From contig CAXTTL010000020.1 in NCBI GenBank assembly GCA_964247135.1, positions 1-34,595 on the forward strand: DNA of 34,595 nucleotides. Direction: 5' to 3'. The notes beneath the pieces are model-generated. The model saw only the letters and a program-made list of their open reading frames with translations, did no database searches and was not told where the DNA came from. Positions 19,032 through 31,245 of this stretch are shown here, piece by piece. The stretch is from an uncultured Deinococcales bacterium (GTDB lineage: Bacteria; Deinococcota; Deinococci; Deinococcales; JAAFIG01). Numbering within the stretch: the stretch's first letter is position 1; each line of letters starts with the position of its first letter. Made by a program: the position numbers and the translations under genes.

Positions 19032-20201
19032 GTGCCAAGCCTGACCCTCAAAGCCAACCGCGAACGCCGCCTCGAGAATTTCCACCCTTGGGTCTTTAAA
19101 GACGATGTGCAAAGTGTGGACGGCAATTTTGAGCCAGGCGAGGTGCTCGAGATCAAAGCCGCCAACGGCGCATTCATTGCGTTGGGTTACGTCAACGCCC
19201 GCAGTTCGATTCCGGCAAGGATTCTGAGTTTTAAACGCGAAGCCATCAACCTCGAGTTTTACCGCCAAAAAATTCGGATTGCCATCGCCAAACGCGGCAA
19301 ACTGACGAACACCAACGCGCTGCGGATTGTCAACGCCGAATCGGACGGGCTGCCTGGCGTGATTGCCGATTTGTTCGGCGATGTTTTAAGCATTCAGTTG
19401 CGCAACGCAGGCAGCGAGCGCCACAAGGATTTGATTTTTGAAGCCTTCAAACTCGAGACCAAAGTCAGCAGCGCCTTCGAGCGCTCAGACACCAGTGAAC
19501 GTCAAAAAGAGGGACTCGAGAATCGGACGGGCATTCTGTGGGGCGAGGTTCCAGAAACGGTCAGCTTTCTCGAGGATGGGATCAACTTTGGTTTTTCACC
19601 CGTAGGCGGACAGAAAACTGGTTTTTACCTCGACCAGCGCGACAACCGCCGTTTGATGGCGAGCCTGGTGGATGCCTCGAGCAAACTGCTTGACGTTTAC
19701 TCTTACACTGGCGGTTTTAGCCTTCATGCCGCCGCCAAAGGCGCAACCGCCTTCGCCGTGGACAAAGACCCAATCGCCCTCCAAGCCCTCGAGAAGGTCG
19801 CTCGAGCCAATAATTTTGACAAGAAAATCAGCTCGAGGCTTGGTGATGCGCTCGAGGTGCTCGATCAATTGTTGAAAGAAAACCGCAGATTCACCCACGC
19901 GATCATTGACCCGCCAACGCTCGCCAAACGCAAAGACGAGGTGGTCGCCGCCAAAAGAATTTTCACGATTGCCACCAAAAACGTGCTCAGGATGCTCGAG
20001 CCGAACGGCATTGTAATGGTTTCGACCTGCGCGTATCACATTAAAGTGGACGATCTGATCGAAGCCTGCCGTTTTGCCGCCGGCGATGCCAAACGCAGGC
20101 TCGAGGTGCTGGACGTGACTTATCAACCGCTCGATCACCCGTGGATGCTGCAAGTGCCTGAAAGTTTGTACTTAAAAACGCTGGTTTTACGGGCGGAATG
20201 A
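19032..20201 (+). CDS. RlmI-family SAM-dependent rRNA methyltransferase (PUA + MTase)
   Basis: HPWVF, ESDGLPG, GQKTGFYLDQRDNR, YSYTGGF, DPP and YLK motifs. GTG 19032 lies 7 nt after TACGAT; the ORF track start is 19023. Confidence 0.9.
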   Translation: MPSLTLKANRERRLENFHPWVFKDDVQSVDGNFEPGEVLEIKAANGAFIALGYVNARSSIPARILSFKREAINLEFYRQKIRIAIAKRGKLTNTNALRIVNAESDGLPGVIADLFGDVLSIQLRNAGSERHKDLIFEAFKLETKVSSAFERSDTSERQKEGLENRTGILWGEVPETVSFLEDGINFGFSPVGGQKTGFYLDQRDNRRLMASLVDASSKLLDVYSYTGGFSLHAAAKGATAFAVDKDPIALQALEKVARANNFDKKISSRLGDALEVLDQLLKENRRFTHAIIDPPTLAKRKDEVVAAKRIFTIATKNVLRMLEPNGIVMVSTCAYHIKVDDLIEACRFAAGDAKRRLEVLDVTYQPLDHPWMLQVPESLYLKTLVLRAE

Positions 20202-20725
20202 TGACCACTTTTTACTTGATTCGGCACGGCAAGGCAGACTGGGACGATTGTTACGCCAGGGGCTTGACTGGTTTCCGCACCGATTTCACCAAACTGACCA
20301 CGCTGGGGGCAGATCAACTCGAGAACACCGCCAAAGACGAGCGCCTGACCAAAGCCAGCATCATCCTCTCGAGTCCGTACACCAGGGCATTACAGAGCGC
20401 CGCAATCTTAAGTCGAAACTTGCAAACCAAAATTGAGGTCGAATACGATCTGCACGAGTGGATGCCCGATTCCACAGGCGTTTACAGTTCGCAACTCGAG
20501 ATTTTTGGTTTGGCAGACGATTTTGAACGCAATCACGGCATTTACCCATTGGGCGAAACGCGGCGTTGGGAAACGCTCGAACAACTCAAAACCCGAGTTT
20601 CAAAGGTCTTGGAGCGCTATAAAAACCTTGACTTTGTGATCGTGGTCTGTCACGAGATGGCGATTTGGAGCGTGACCGGCACCCGAGACGTGGCGAACGG
20701 TCAGATCATCGAACTCAAGTTATGA
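20198..20725 (+). CDS. Histidine phosphatase (phosphoglycerate mutase) family protein
   Basis: LIRHG, SSPYTRALQSA, LHEW and VVCH motifs. Confidence 0.9.
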   Translation: MMTTFYLIRHGKADWDDCYARGLTGFRTDFTKLTTLGADQLENTAKDERLTKASIILSSPYTRALQSAAILSRNLQTKIEVEYDLHEWMPDSTGVYSSQLEIFGLADDFERNHGIYPLGETRRWETLEQLKTRVSKVLERYKNLDFVIVVCHEMAIWSVTGTRDVANGQIIELKL

Positions 20726-21307
20726 GCGTTGTGACTTCATGGCTCGAGCCTCGGGTTTGTACGGGTAAGCCCGTCGGTAACCCGCCAGTTTGGCGATTGG
20801 GGCGAGCAGGGCAAACATGGTTTTTTGCAGCTTGATGGATGGTTTGTCCAAGTAAAAATGATCTTTGAACTGATGCAGACCCGCCGCCATCGCCAGGATC
20901 GGTGGCGTTCCGTCGCGTTTGGTCAGCCCGTCTCGAGCCATCGCAAAAATGCTCTCGAACAATGTCGCCCACTCGAGTCCAGGCGATAGCTCGAAGGTAA
21001 AACGCAATTGCTTGGTCTTGCTGGCATTGCCCCACAGGTGCGGCACGCCAGGTTCGATCACCATCGTCTCCCCCACCGTCAAGATTCGTTCGACGCCGTT
21101 CACAATGGTCTTCAACTCGCCCTCGAGCACCCAGAAGGTTTCGGTTTGAATCGGGTGAACGTGCATTAAGGGCGCCGCCAAACGCCCGCCAGGTTTGACG
21201 ATGCACTCGGCACGCAATATTGCCCCTGGACGATCAAGACCCGTCGTTAAAAAAACGATGGTTTCACCAGAAATGGGGTTGCTGATGCTGTCGCCCGCTC
21301 GAACCAT
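20720..21307 (-). CDS. Cupin domain protein
   Basis: HVHPIQTETFWVLEG and IEPGVPH cupin motifs; GGAGG RBS. Confidence 0.88.
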   Translation of the reverse strand: MVRAGDSISNPISGETIVFLTTGLDRPGAILRAECIVKPGGRLAAPLMHVHPIQTETFWVLEGELKTIVNGVERILTVGETMVIEPGVPHLWGNASKTKQLRFTFELSPGLEWATLFESIFAMARDGLTKRDGTPPILAMAAGLHQFKDHFYLDKPSIKLQKTMFALLAPIAKLAGYRRAYPYKPEARAMKSQRS

Positions 21308-21407
21308 GATCTTAGCCTCCTATTGTTGGTATACGCAAGCCAGACCAATTTTGGATGAAGCTCGAGACTGACCTTCGAGGACAAGATTCGGGGGTTAGAC
21401 TGGCACG

Positions 21408-21695
21408 ATGTCCGCAAAGCGCAGCACTTTGATTTACGCCCTGCTGATCGTGTTCAGCCTCGCGCCACTTATTTTGATGTTACTCAGTTTGGGCATTGCA
21501 CAGTTAAACGGTTGTTCGGTCAGCGCCAACCAAATAGAGCCGTGTCTGGTGTTTGGGCAAGACATTGGATCGTTGTTGCTGCTAGGCGCGTTTCTGGGCG
21601 CATTCACCGCGTTTACCTTGCCCACGGGTTTGCTGGCAATGCTCGGACTTAAAATCTACAGCGTGTTCAAAAGTAAATCAGCAACCCTCAAATAA
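21408..21695 (+). CDS. Small membrane protein
   Basis: Two hydrophobic segments flanking a GC...PC loop; TAGACT 6 nt upstream of the ATG. Confidence 0.7.
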   Translation: MSAKRSTLIYALLIVFSLAPLILMLLSLGIAQLNGCSVSANQIEPCLVFGQDIGSLLLLGAFLGAFTAFTLPTGLLAMLGLKIYSVFKSKSATLK

Positions 21696-21696
21696 T

Positions 21697-22695
21697 TTAG
21701 GAAACCAAAGTGCTGAGCACTCGAGCATCATCAAACTCGAGTTCGACCAATCCAGCGCGTTTTTCAAAATGCAGTTCGCCGGCATGATCGCCGATGTAAC
21801 TGCCCGTGGTCGGCGGCACGTCGGAGTAATCGCGCCCAACGGCGACCACCGTGTACCCCAAATTGGGACGGCGGGCATTGGTCGGGTCAAAGCCGATTGC
21901 CTCGAGCTTGCCGTTTTGGTTTGGAATCATCACCTCGAGCCAGGCGTGAGAGCCGCCCTCACCGAGCATGTGACCGCTGACGTAACGGGCTGGCAGTCCC
22001 GCAGCCCGCAGCAATGCCAGAGCGATATGCGCGTAATCCTGGCACAGACCAACCCCAAGCTCGAGCGCCTGACTGGCGGTGGTCGCCACGCCGGTCACAC
22101 CAGCTTTGTAGGTCATGGCAGCCGACACCCAATCGCAAATTCGCTCACCAAGCTCGAGCGGGGTTTTGGCACGCAACCTTAAAGCGCTGGCAACCTCGAG
22201 CATTTTGGGATTCGCCCGCGTGAAAATCGTGGCTTGGGTTAACACTCGAGCTTCAGTGTCGGTTACGGTTGGCGCGGGCAGGTCGGCGCAACGTTCGACG
22301 CAAAAGATCACCTCAAAGGTCGTCCAATGGTTGATGTGCGCCACCTCGAGTTCGATCACCACATTGCCGAAAGCATCCGTGACCAGGCGTTTCTCGAGCG
22401 GGATGGGTTCGATGCCAAGTTTGAAATCCAAGAGTTTTTGATTGCCATACATTTGCCTGGGTTTGACAATCAGGCGCTGCGAAAGGTCGGTCACCAAACT
22501 CGGGTAGACGTAAGCAAACTGTTGAAACGAAAACACCTGCGCTCGAGTCACCGAAGCCCAATCGATGCCCCTGTACTCGAGAAATTGAACTTGATTGGCA
22601 ATCTGGCGCTCGAAGCTGCCGCTGGGTCCCAGCACCACATCGAGCGGTTCGGAATGCACATTGGCAACTCGAGCCTCCAAGGTTGGCACGCTCAC
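21697..22695 (-). CDS. Transglutaminase-like protein
   Basis: GLCQDYAH, ARYVSG, SHAWLE, FDPTN and GRDYSDVPP motifs. Confidence 0.92.
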   Translation of the reverse strand: MSVPTLEARVANVHSEPLDVVLGPSGSFERQIANQVQFLEYRGIDWASVTRAQVFSFQQFAYVYPSLVTDLSQRLIVKPRQMYGNQKLLDFKLGIEPIPLEKRLVTDAFGNVVIELEVAHINHWTTFEVIFCVERCADLPAPTVTDTEARVLTQATIFTRANPKMLEVASALRLRAKTPLELGERICDWVSAAMTYKAGVTGVATTASQALELGVGLCQDYAHIALALLRAAGLPARYVSGHMLGEGGSHAWLEVMIPNQNGKLEAIGFDPTNARRPNLGYTVVAVGRDYSDVPPTTGSYIGDHAGELHFEKRAGLVELEFDDARVLSTLVS

Positions 22696-23570
22696 CGCAG
22701 TTCACGCCCGATCTGGTCGGGCAGGCGCTCGGTGGAGGTCGCCTCGTCCGCCCAAACGCGAATGTTTGCCAATTGGGTCGCGCCGTAGGTGGTGCTGAAG
22801 GCGACATCGGCGGCGTCGCGCCCCGTGGCAACCACCACCCGACCCGTGCGCGGCGTGTTGTGACGCGCGTCAAAGGTTCGCCACGCACCATCCAAATAAG
22901 CCTCGAACCAGGCGTGAAAATCCATCGGCGGCGTCAGCGGCACGCCGATGTCGGGCAAGTAACCGCTGACGTACCGCGCCGGAATGTTCAGCGCCCGACA
23001 AAAACTGACGCCCATGTGCGCAAAGTCCCGACACACCGCCCGCTGTGAACGGTACGCCTCGAGCGCCGTGGTGCTGGCGGTGCTGCCCGCAGCATACGCC
23101 ACGCGCATGTATAACAAATCGCAGACCGCCTGAACTTGCGCCCAACCGCCGAGGATGTTGCCGAACAAATCCCAAGCCTCGGCGATAAACAAATCCGATG
23201 GACAGTAACGGCTGGGCAGTGTGTACTCGATCACCGAATCGGGCAAATCGTGAATCTGGGTTTTGGGAAGCTCGAGCAGCACGGGATCAAGTCCGGCTGG
23301 AACCTCGAGCATCACGTCGTAAGTTATTTTAAGCTCACCCTGCGGCGCGAGCAGCCGCCAGACCAAATTGTTGTGCCGATCCTCGTAACGCCGAAACGCC
23401 CCAGCCTCAAGCGTCGGGCTGATGAATTGTTTGGACTCGAGAATTCGCTGCACGCCACGGTTTTGCACCTCGAGCACAAACATGAGGGGCGCACTGACGG
23501 GCAGTTCATAAGTCAGTTCGCAACCCACACGAACGCGCCGCAAATCAATTTTAGGGTTCAAAGTGTCCAT
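22692..23570 (-). CDS. Transglutaminase-like protein
   Basis: PSRYC, VCRDFAH, PARYVSGY, DFHAWFE and GRDAADV motifs. Confidence 0.92.
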   Translation of the reverse strand: MDTLNPKIDLRRVRVGCELTYELPVSAPLMFVLEVQNRGVQRILESKQFISPTLEAGAFRRYEDRHNNLVWRLLAPQGELKITYDVMLEVPAGLDPVLLELPKTQIHDLPDSVIEYTLPSRYCPSDLFIAEAWDLFGNILGGWAQVQAVCDLLYMRVAYAAGSTASTTALEAYRSQRAVCRDFAHMGVSFCRALNIPARYVSGYLPDIGVPLTPPMDFHAWFEAYLDGAWRTFDARHNTPRTGRVVVATGRDAADVAFSTTYGATQLANIRVWADEATSTERLPDQIGRELR

Positions 23571-23647
23571 GTTAAATCTTTCCTGACGCCGAGAAGAACT
23601 TCAGGCAGTTTACGTGAAACAGCTTGGAAACGCGAAATGACCTAAGC

Positions 23648-24724
23648 TCATTGAACCAGCCCTCGGGTTTCAATCTTCCAGGCTGGCTCGAGCAGACCAT
23701 TTCGATGCGGCTGATACCAGTCGTGAAGGTTGACGGTGGTGTCGATGTGACTCGGGATCAGCTCGAGCACGTCACCAATTTTAAGGCAAACAGCGTCAGG
23801 ATCGGCTTTCTCGAGCAAACCGTGTTCGTCGCCTGCGGGTGAATATTTCCAACCCTTGAGATGTTGGGGCGTGGCAAAACCAGAATCGGTGGAAAGTGAT
23901 TTGAACCCCGCATCGACAATCGCTCGAGATTCGGTCACACTAATTACTGTTGAGAGCACCGTTAACGCCGATTGAAACGGCACACCAGGCGTTGCCAAAT
24001 AATCCGAATCCATGAAAATAAACGAACCAGGCTGAACCTCGGTCACTCGAGGATGCTCGGCGCAAAACGGGTACGTTCCCGTGCCGCCCGTGGTCACGAT
24101 TCGCATTTCAAAACCGCTGTTCTCGAGTTCAAACGCCACCTTACCCAGTTTTTCCATGGCTGCCAAACACGAATTTCGGCGGTTTTCAAAGCTGCGGTCA
24201 TGCTGCAAATGCCCCTCGTAACCTTGCACACCAATCAAACGCAAATGCTCGAGTTTAGATAGCTCGAGCGCGAGTTCCAGGGCATTTTCGGGAAGGATAC
24301 CGCAACGGTTTTGACCGACGTTCACGTCCAGCAAAACATCCACCTGCAAACCAGCTTGCTCGAGTTTGGCATTTAATGCCGTTGCCGCCTCGAGACTGTC
24401 CACCACCAACTTGATGCTCGAGTGATCTTTCAGCAGTTTGACCAGTCGCTCGAGTTTAGGCGCTCCGACCAGTTCGGTGGTGATCAAAATATCCTCGATC
24501 CCAGCCGCCGCCATGACCTCAGCCTCACCAAGTTTCGCCACGCAAATCCCAACCGCCCCAGCTTTGAGCAATTTATGCGCAACGATTGAACTTTTACCCG
24601 TTTTCAAATGCGGACGGATTGAAACGTTTTTACCCTCGAGCGCGGCAAAACACGCCCTGATGTTTTGTTCAAACACATCCAAATCGACCAGCAATGCGGG
24701 GGTATCCACGGACTCAAGGCTCAT
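23648..24724 (-). CDS. DSD1/D-threonine aldolase-like PLP-dependent enzyme (fold type III)
   Basis: TPALLVD, RPHLKT, GYEGH, GGTGT, EVQPGSFIFMD, DEHG and PSHID motifs. Confidence 0.88.
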   Translation of the reverse strand: MSLESVDTPALLVDLDVFEQNIRACFAALEGKNVSIRPHLKTGKSSIVAHKLLKAGAVGICVAKLGEAEVMAAAGIEDILITTELVGAPKLERLVKLLKDHSSIKLVVDSLEAATALNAKLEQAGLQVDVLLDVNVGQNRCGILPENALELALELSKLEHLRLIGVQGYEGHLQHDRSFENRRNSCLAAMEKLGKVAFELENSGFEMRIVTTGGTGTYPFCAEHPRVTEVQPGSFIFMDSDYLATPGVPFQSALTVLSTVISVTESRAIVDAGFKSLSTDSGFATPQHLKGWKYSPAGDEHGLLEKADPDAVCLKIGDVLELIPSHIDTTVNLHDWYQPHRNGLLEPAWKIETRGLVQ

Positions 24725-24776
24725 GGGTTATTGTACGCGACAAATTTGGAATCTCGAGGGGCGAATGGTGACGCCA

Positions 24777-24815
24777 CCCTCATCCCCAACCCTTCTCCCG
24801 CCAGCGGGAGAAGGG
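24777..24815. repeat. REP-like hairpin element CCCTCATCCCCAA-CCCTTCTCCCGC-CA-GCGGGAGAAGGG
   Basis: Perfect 12-bp inverted repeat (24790-24801 / 24804-24815) with a C-rich leader, intergenic between two minus-strand genes. Confidence 0.7.
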
Positions 24816-24844
24816 AGTTCAATTGATTCCTCGAGAAATCGAAT

Positions 24845-26811
<1,967 letters not shown>

Positions 26812-26841
26812 CTAACAAGATGCCCTAGTGAAGCTCGAAGT

Positions 26842-27543
26842 TTAAATTAGTAACTCGAGCAAATTTGTTGTAACAAGATTGTCCAAAACCCACTCTCGAG
26901 CGCCGTTTTTACCGTCTCTGACCAAAATTCCTGGAATGCCAAATTGTGCCGCGCCTTCAATGTCGTGATCTGGATTGTCGCCAATCATGATGATCTGATT
27001 TTCCGCGCCAATCCGCTCGAGGGCATACTCAAAAAAGCGTGGATTGGGTTTTTCAAAACCAACAATCCCAGACGTGAAAACATGCTCGAAGAAATGCCGA
27101 ATCTCGAGTTTTTCAATCACGCTTTCGAGTTCGGGGTAATGGTTTGAAAGAATGACATGCTTCCAACCGAGCGCAGTTAACTTCTCGAGCATTGGAATCA
27201 CACCCTGGTACAAGGTCCAATGTCTTGGCTCGAGACATTCTTGCCGTGTGGCTTGAATCAAATTCTCAAATTCGGATTCAGTAATCTCAAGCGCTTCAAA
27301 CACCCGAATAAAAACGGGTTTCATCAACTCGAGCCACCAAGCGTCGGTGGTTTTGATGTGATCGTGCCCGATATCTGGGGTATGCCACGGAAAACCTTTG
27401 GTGATGAGCGATTTGATGATTTCACCAGAAAGATTTTTCTCGGAATGCGCCCTATTGATGGCTCCAGCAAGCGAATTCGACCAAACCCAACCATGATTCG
27501 AGAGTGTGCGACCAAAATCCCACATCAAATATTTTTCAGCCAT
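26842..27543 (-). CDS. HAD-superfamily hydrolase
   Basis: WDFGRTL (motif I variant), ILSN, EKPNP and IGDNPDHDIEGA; start moved to ATG 27543. Confidence 0.87.
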   Translation of the reverse strand: MAEKYLMWDFGRTLSNHGWVWSNSLAGAINRAHSEKNLSGEIIKSLITKGFPWHTPDIGHDHIKTTDAWWLELMKPVFIRVFEALEITESEFENLIQATRQECLEPRHWTLYQGVIPMLEKLTALGWKHVILSNHYPELESVIEKLEIRHFFEHVFTSGIVGFEKPNPRFFEYALERIGAENQIIMIGDNPDHDIEGAAQFGIPGILVRDGKNGAREWVLDNLVTTNLLELLI

Positions 27544-28051
27544 AAACCCTTTCAAGCAACTCGAGCAAGTCGTCTTTGGCAGCATCGCCGCTCGAGATTC
27601 TGGTTTTTAACTCGAGCGGCGTCAGCCAAAAGAATTCACTGAAATCATCAGTATTAAAGTTCGGGGTTTCCTCGAGTTCGATTTCAAAGACTTTCATGAA
27701 CGCGCTTAAACTTGTGCTGACAGGCGAAAAATACACAACTTCACGCCAAACCACAGCATCAACATCAAGGTTCAATTCCTCGAGCGTTTCGCGTTTAAAG
27801 GCTTGCAAATAACTCTCGCCAGCTTGCACCAAACCGCCAACACTCATGTCCAACGCATCTGGGAAAACGCGCTTGACTGAGCTTCGACGCGGGATAAACA
27901 ACTGCCCTTTTGAATTTATTACAAAGGCATTGATGACCCGAACATAACCACCTCGAGAAGCCTTGTCCCAAGAATCATCGCGCGGAATTTGTCCAATCAC
28001 TTCATCATTTTCGTTCACGAGATCAAGAATTTCTGGAAGCTCGAGCGTCAT
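27536..28051 (-). CDS. NUDIX hydrolase (IDI-like)
   Basis: LDLVNENDEVIG and GGLVQAGESYLQAFKRETLEELNL Nudix box. Confidence 0.9.
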   Translation of the reverse strand: MTLELPEILDLVNENDEVIGQIPRDDSWDKASRGGYVRVINAFVINSKGQLFIPRRSSVKRVFPDALDMSVGGLVQAGESYLQAFKRETLEELNLDVDAVVWREVVYFSPVSTSLSAFMKVFEIELEETPNFNTDDFSEFFWLTPLELKTRISSGDAAKDDLLELLERVYG

Positions 28052-28122
28052 AAAAAGATTCTACCCAAAAAGTGCTTTTCAGAATTGTGAGAAACGCTTA
28101 AACTGAGCCAACAGAGGTGAAG

Positions 28123-28563
28123 ATGAATCAGTGGGAACATGTATTTTACGGGGAATACACCAAGCGCACGAAAATCCTCTCGGACCTTACGCTCGAGCAA
28201 GTGAACGCTGTCCCATCAAATCAAACCCATTCCATTTTTGCAGAGTTGTGGCACACGGTGCTTTGGCAAAAAATAATGGTCACACGGGACGAAACCCTCT
28301 ACGACCAAACTTGGCAAAAAGGCGAGCGTTACCCAAAACACGCGCCAGAAAAACTTGAAGAATGGACGGCTTTGGTCGAAGAGTTTCTTTCGGGCATAGA
28401 ACAGGCACTCGAGTGGACAAAATCGCCAGAAAAATTGAACCTCGAGGTGAATCCAGGCGAGACGATGCGCGATATCTTGCACAGCTTGGCGGTTCACAAC
28501 GCGTATCACATGGGAAAAATCGTGGCGTTGCGGCAAGTCATGGGGATTTGGACAACCGAATAA
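28123..28563 (+). CDS. DinB family protein
   Basis: HSIFAELWH and HNAYHMGKI motifs; GAGGTG RBS before ATG 28123. Confidence 0.85.
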   Translation: MNQWEHVFYGEYTKRTKILSDLTLEQVNAVPSNQTHSIFAELWHTVLWQKIMVTRDETLYDQTWQKGERYPKHAPEKLEEWTALVEEFLSGIEQALEWTKSPEKLNLEVNPGETMRDILHSLAVHNAYHMGKIVALRQVMGIWTTE

Positions 28564-28596
28564 GCGATGCCATCCAAAATGTCGTAAACTCGAGCC

Positions 28597-29568
28597 ATGA
28601 CAAAAATGCGTTTTGGTATTCTGGGCGCGGCTCGTATTGCCGCTCGAGCACTCGTTCCTGGCATTCAAAACTCGAGCAATGCCGAACTGGTCGCGGTGGC
28701 GGCACGTGACGGCGCTCGGGCAGAAGCTTTTGCCAAGGAACACAACATTCCGGTGGCGCTCGAGGGTTACGAGGCGCTACTCGAGCGGGATGACATTGAT
28801 GCGATTTACAACCCATTGCCAAACGATGGGCATTCGCCTTGGAGCATCAAGGCGCTGGAGGCGGGCAAGCATGTGCTCTGCGAAAAACCCGTCGGCATGA
28901 ACGCGCTCGAGGCGGCAAACATGCTCGAGGTCTCCAAACGCACGGGCAAAACCTTGATGGAAGCCTTCATGTGGCGTTTTCACCCGCAGGTGGCTCGAGC
29001 CAAAGCAATTGTGGACAGCGGTGTGCTGGGCGATATCAAACTGATTCGCACCGGATTTTCATTCTTTCTGGGCGACGCTGGCGATATTCGCTGGGTGAAG
29101 AGCATGGGTGGCGGTGGACTGCTCGATTTGGGGTGTTACAACGTCAACGCCACGCGTTTATTCGCAGGGCGCGAACCGACCAGCGTCTACGGTACAGCCG
29201 ATTACTCTGGGACGGACGTGGATTTGCACTTTGCGGGCATTCTCGAGTTTGGTGACGGTCTTCGCGGCGTGATGGAATGCTCGTTCGGGCAGCCAGGGCG
29301 TCAACACCTCGAGATTGTCGGCACAAAAGGCATCCTCGAGATTGATAAGTTCGTGCTGCCCGAAAATCACATTGGAGAAATTCGGGTCAATGGTGTGACT
29401 GAAAAAACCGTTGCCGCCGACAAGTATCAACTGATGGTCGAACAATTCGTTCGCGCCGCCAGAGGGGAAGAAGCCTTGGCTTACGACATGAACAATTCAA
29501 TTGGCAACATGAAAGTGCTTGATGCGCTCGAGAAATCTGCACGGTCAGGATTGAAAGTTACGCTTTAA
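28597..29568 (+). CDS. Gfo/Idh/MocA family oxidoreductase
   Basis: GILGAARIA, AGKHVLCEKP and GGGGLLDLGCY motifs. Confidence 0.93.
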   Translation: MTKMRFGILGAARIAARALVPGIQNSSNAELVAVAARDGARAEAFAKEHNIPVALEGYEALLERDDIDAIYNPLPNDGHSPWSIKALEAGKHVLCEKPVGMNALEAANMLEVSKRTGKTLMEAFMWRFHPQVARAKAIVDSGVLGDIKLIRTGFSFFLGDAGDIRWVKSMGGGGLLDLGCYNVNATRLFAGREPTSVYGTADYSGTDVDLHFAGILEFGDGLRGVMECSFGQPGRQHLEIVGTKGILEIDKFVLPENHIGEIRVNGVTEKTVAADKYQLMVEQFVRAARGEEALAYDMNNSIGNMKVLDALEKSARSGLKVTL

Positions 29569-29611
29569 AATGTTCACGAGATGCCTCAAAGTTTTTATTT
29601 GACTCGCTCTT

Positions 29612-30001
29612 TTATTTTTGAATGCTGTGCCCTGCATTCTCGAGGGTCACAATGGCGCGTTCGAGGTACTCGAGTTTGACCAGCACGTAATCGGTGTCAA
29701 ACGTGGAAATGGCGAAAATCCCAATCTCTGCATCACGCAATGGATTCAGGACACTCGAGAGAATACCAGTTAAATCAAACGCGAATGGTCCAAGCAGTTT
29801 CAGGCAAGCCCAACCGCTTTCTTGCCTCACATCTTCCGTATCTGTGATGACGCTTTCGCAGACAATCGAAAGCTCGTCATTGGTGCGGGTGATGCTCGAG
29901 AAACCTGTTGCGGTCAACGCCCAATCTGGAATGCTGGAGTTTGGCGCAAGTCGGTGAATGGCGTAATCGCCTGTTAACACCTTGAGTGTCAAGGTTTTCA
30001 T
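29612..30001 (-). CDS. ACT domain protein (ACT_7/CASTOR-like)
   Basis: [24 protein letters not shown] and [16 protein letters not shown]-coupled to the prenyltransferase. Confidence 0.88.
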   Translation of the reverse strand: MKTLTLKVLTGDYAIHRLAPNSSIPDWALTATGFSSITRTNDELSIVCESVITDTEDVRQESGWACLKLLGPFAFDLTGILSSVLNPLRDAEIGIFAISTFDTDYVLVKLEYLERAIVTLENAGHSIQK

Positions 30002-30870
30002 TGTATCCACACATCGATAATCACGCCAGCCAACATGGTCAGAGCAAGCCAGGAATTGGCATTAAAAAAGGCTTCGTTGACCCTTGCCAGATCGCCTGGT
30101 TTGACAAGCCGATGCTCGTAAAACAGAATCCCGCCCATGATCGCCACGGCGATGTAATACGGGTAGGTGGCATTCACGGCGAATCCCACAGCAATCAGCA
30201 GCAGCCACATGATGGCGTGACAGATTTTGGCAATCTCGAGCGAGGCTGGAATGCCGAAGCGTTGCGGGATGCTAAAAACATGGTTTTGTTGGTCGAAATC
30301 AAAGTCTTGGGTGGCGTAAATCACGTCCAGACCGATCATCCAAAAAATCACGACCAACCACAGCAACCAGGCGGCGGGGGAAAAACTGTTTGTGACCGCA
30401 ATCCAACCACCAACCGCAGCCGCGCCGTCGGTAATGCCAAGCCAAAGGTGACACAGCCAGGTGAAACGTTTGGTGTACGGGTACAAGACCAAAAAAACCA
30501 CGGCAATCGGCAACAGCGTTAACGGCAACGAACCCAAACGTGCCGCTGCAAAAGTCAGAATGACCAAGGATACAATTGCCAACAACACACCCTCGAGCGG
30601 CTTGACGACCCCTCTGGGAACGTGACGCATGGCAGTCCTGGGGTTTCTGGCATCAATCGCGGCATCGATCACACGGTTGAGTGCCATCGCGCTGGTGCGG
30701 GCGCTCGCCATTGCCACGGTAATCAGCAAAAACTTCTCCCAACCAGGGAAACCATTGGCGGCAAACAACATGCCCGCGTAAGCGAAAGGCAGCGCAAAAA
30801 TGGTGTGCTCAAACTTCACGAACTCGAGGTAGGTTTTGAGTTTCCCAAGCGGTGTGGTCACGGTGCTCAC
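29998..30870 (-). CDS. mqnP: UbiA-family prenyltransferase, MqnP-like (futalosine menaquinone pathway)
   Basis: [34 protein letters not shown] and DVIYATQD motifs. Confidence 0.82.
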   Translation of the reverse strand: MSTVTTPLGKLKTYLEFVKFEHTIFALPFAYAGMLFAANGFPGWEKFLLITVAMASARTSAMALNRVIDAAIDARNPRTAMRHVPRGVVKPLEGVLLAIVSLVILTFAAARLGSLPLTLLPIAVVFLVLYPYTKRFTWLCHLWLGITDGAAAVGGWIAVTNSFSPAAWLLWLVVIFWMIGLDVIYATQDFDFDQQNHVFSIPQRFGIPASLEIAKICHAIMWLLLIAVGFAVNATYPYYIAVAIMGGILFYEHRLVKPGDLARVNEAFFNANSWLALTMLAGVIIDVWIQ

Positions 30871-30984
30871 GTCAAAAGATTACACCCAATCCAGGCGGAC
30901 AAAAGGCACTCGAGGTGATACGCTGGCGCAAAACTTGAAACTTCTGTTAGAGTTTGTAAAGTAAAACCCTAGGAGGCTACCTTC

Positions 30985-31200
30985 GTGCCAAACATTGAAT
31001 TGACCGCCGTTTTTTACCTCAACATTCCCGACGATATCGACGCCGATGACGTGACGCTCGAGGTTGGTGAAGATGGTTTGATCACGTTTTTTGCCGACGG
31101 TGAAGAAATTGCCGATCACACCGCACTGGAAGGCTTTGAAACCGAAAGCGTTTTTGTTGACGATGACGCCGCCGATGCCAATGACGAGGACGAAGATTAG
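30985..31200 (+). CDS. Small highly acidic hypothetical protein
   Basis: Perfect AGGAGG RBS with GTG start; 71 aa with 25 D/E and no K/R. Confidence 0.75.
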   Translation: MPNIELTAVFYLNIPDDIDADDVTLEVGEDGLITFFADGEEIADHTALEGFETESVFVDDDAADANDEDED

Positions 31201-31245
31201 GTCATCATGGACATTTCACGCTCGAGCATTGGTTAAACTATCCCC

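Noticed and set aside
30985-31200. LysW carrier protein (acidic, lysY nearby)
   Set aside because: Lacks the CxxC zinc ligands and the C-terminal EDWGE motif.
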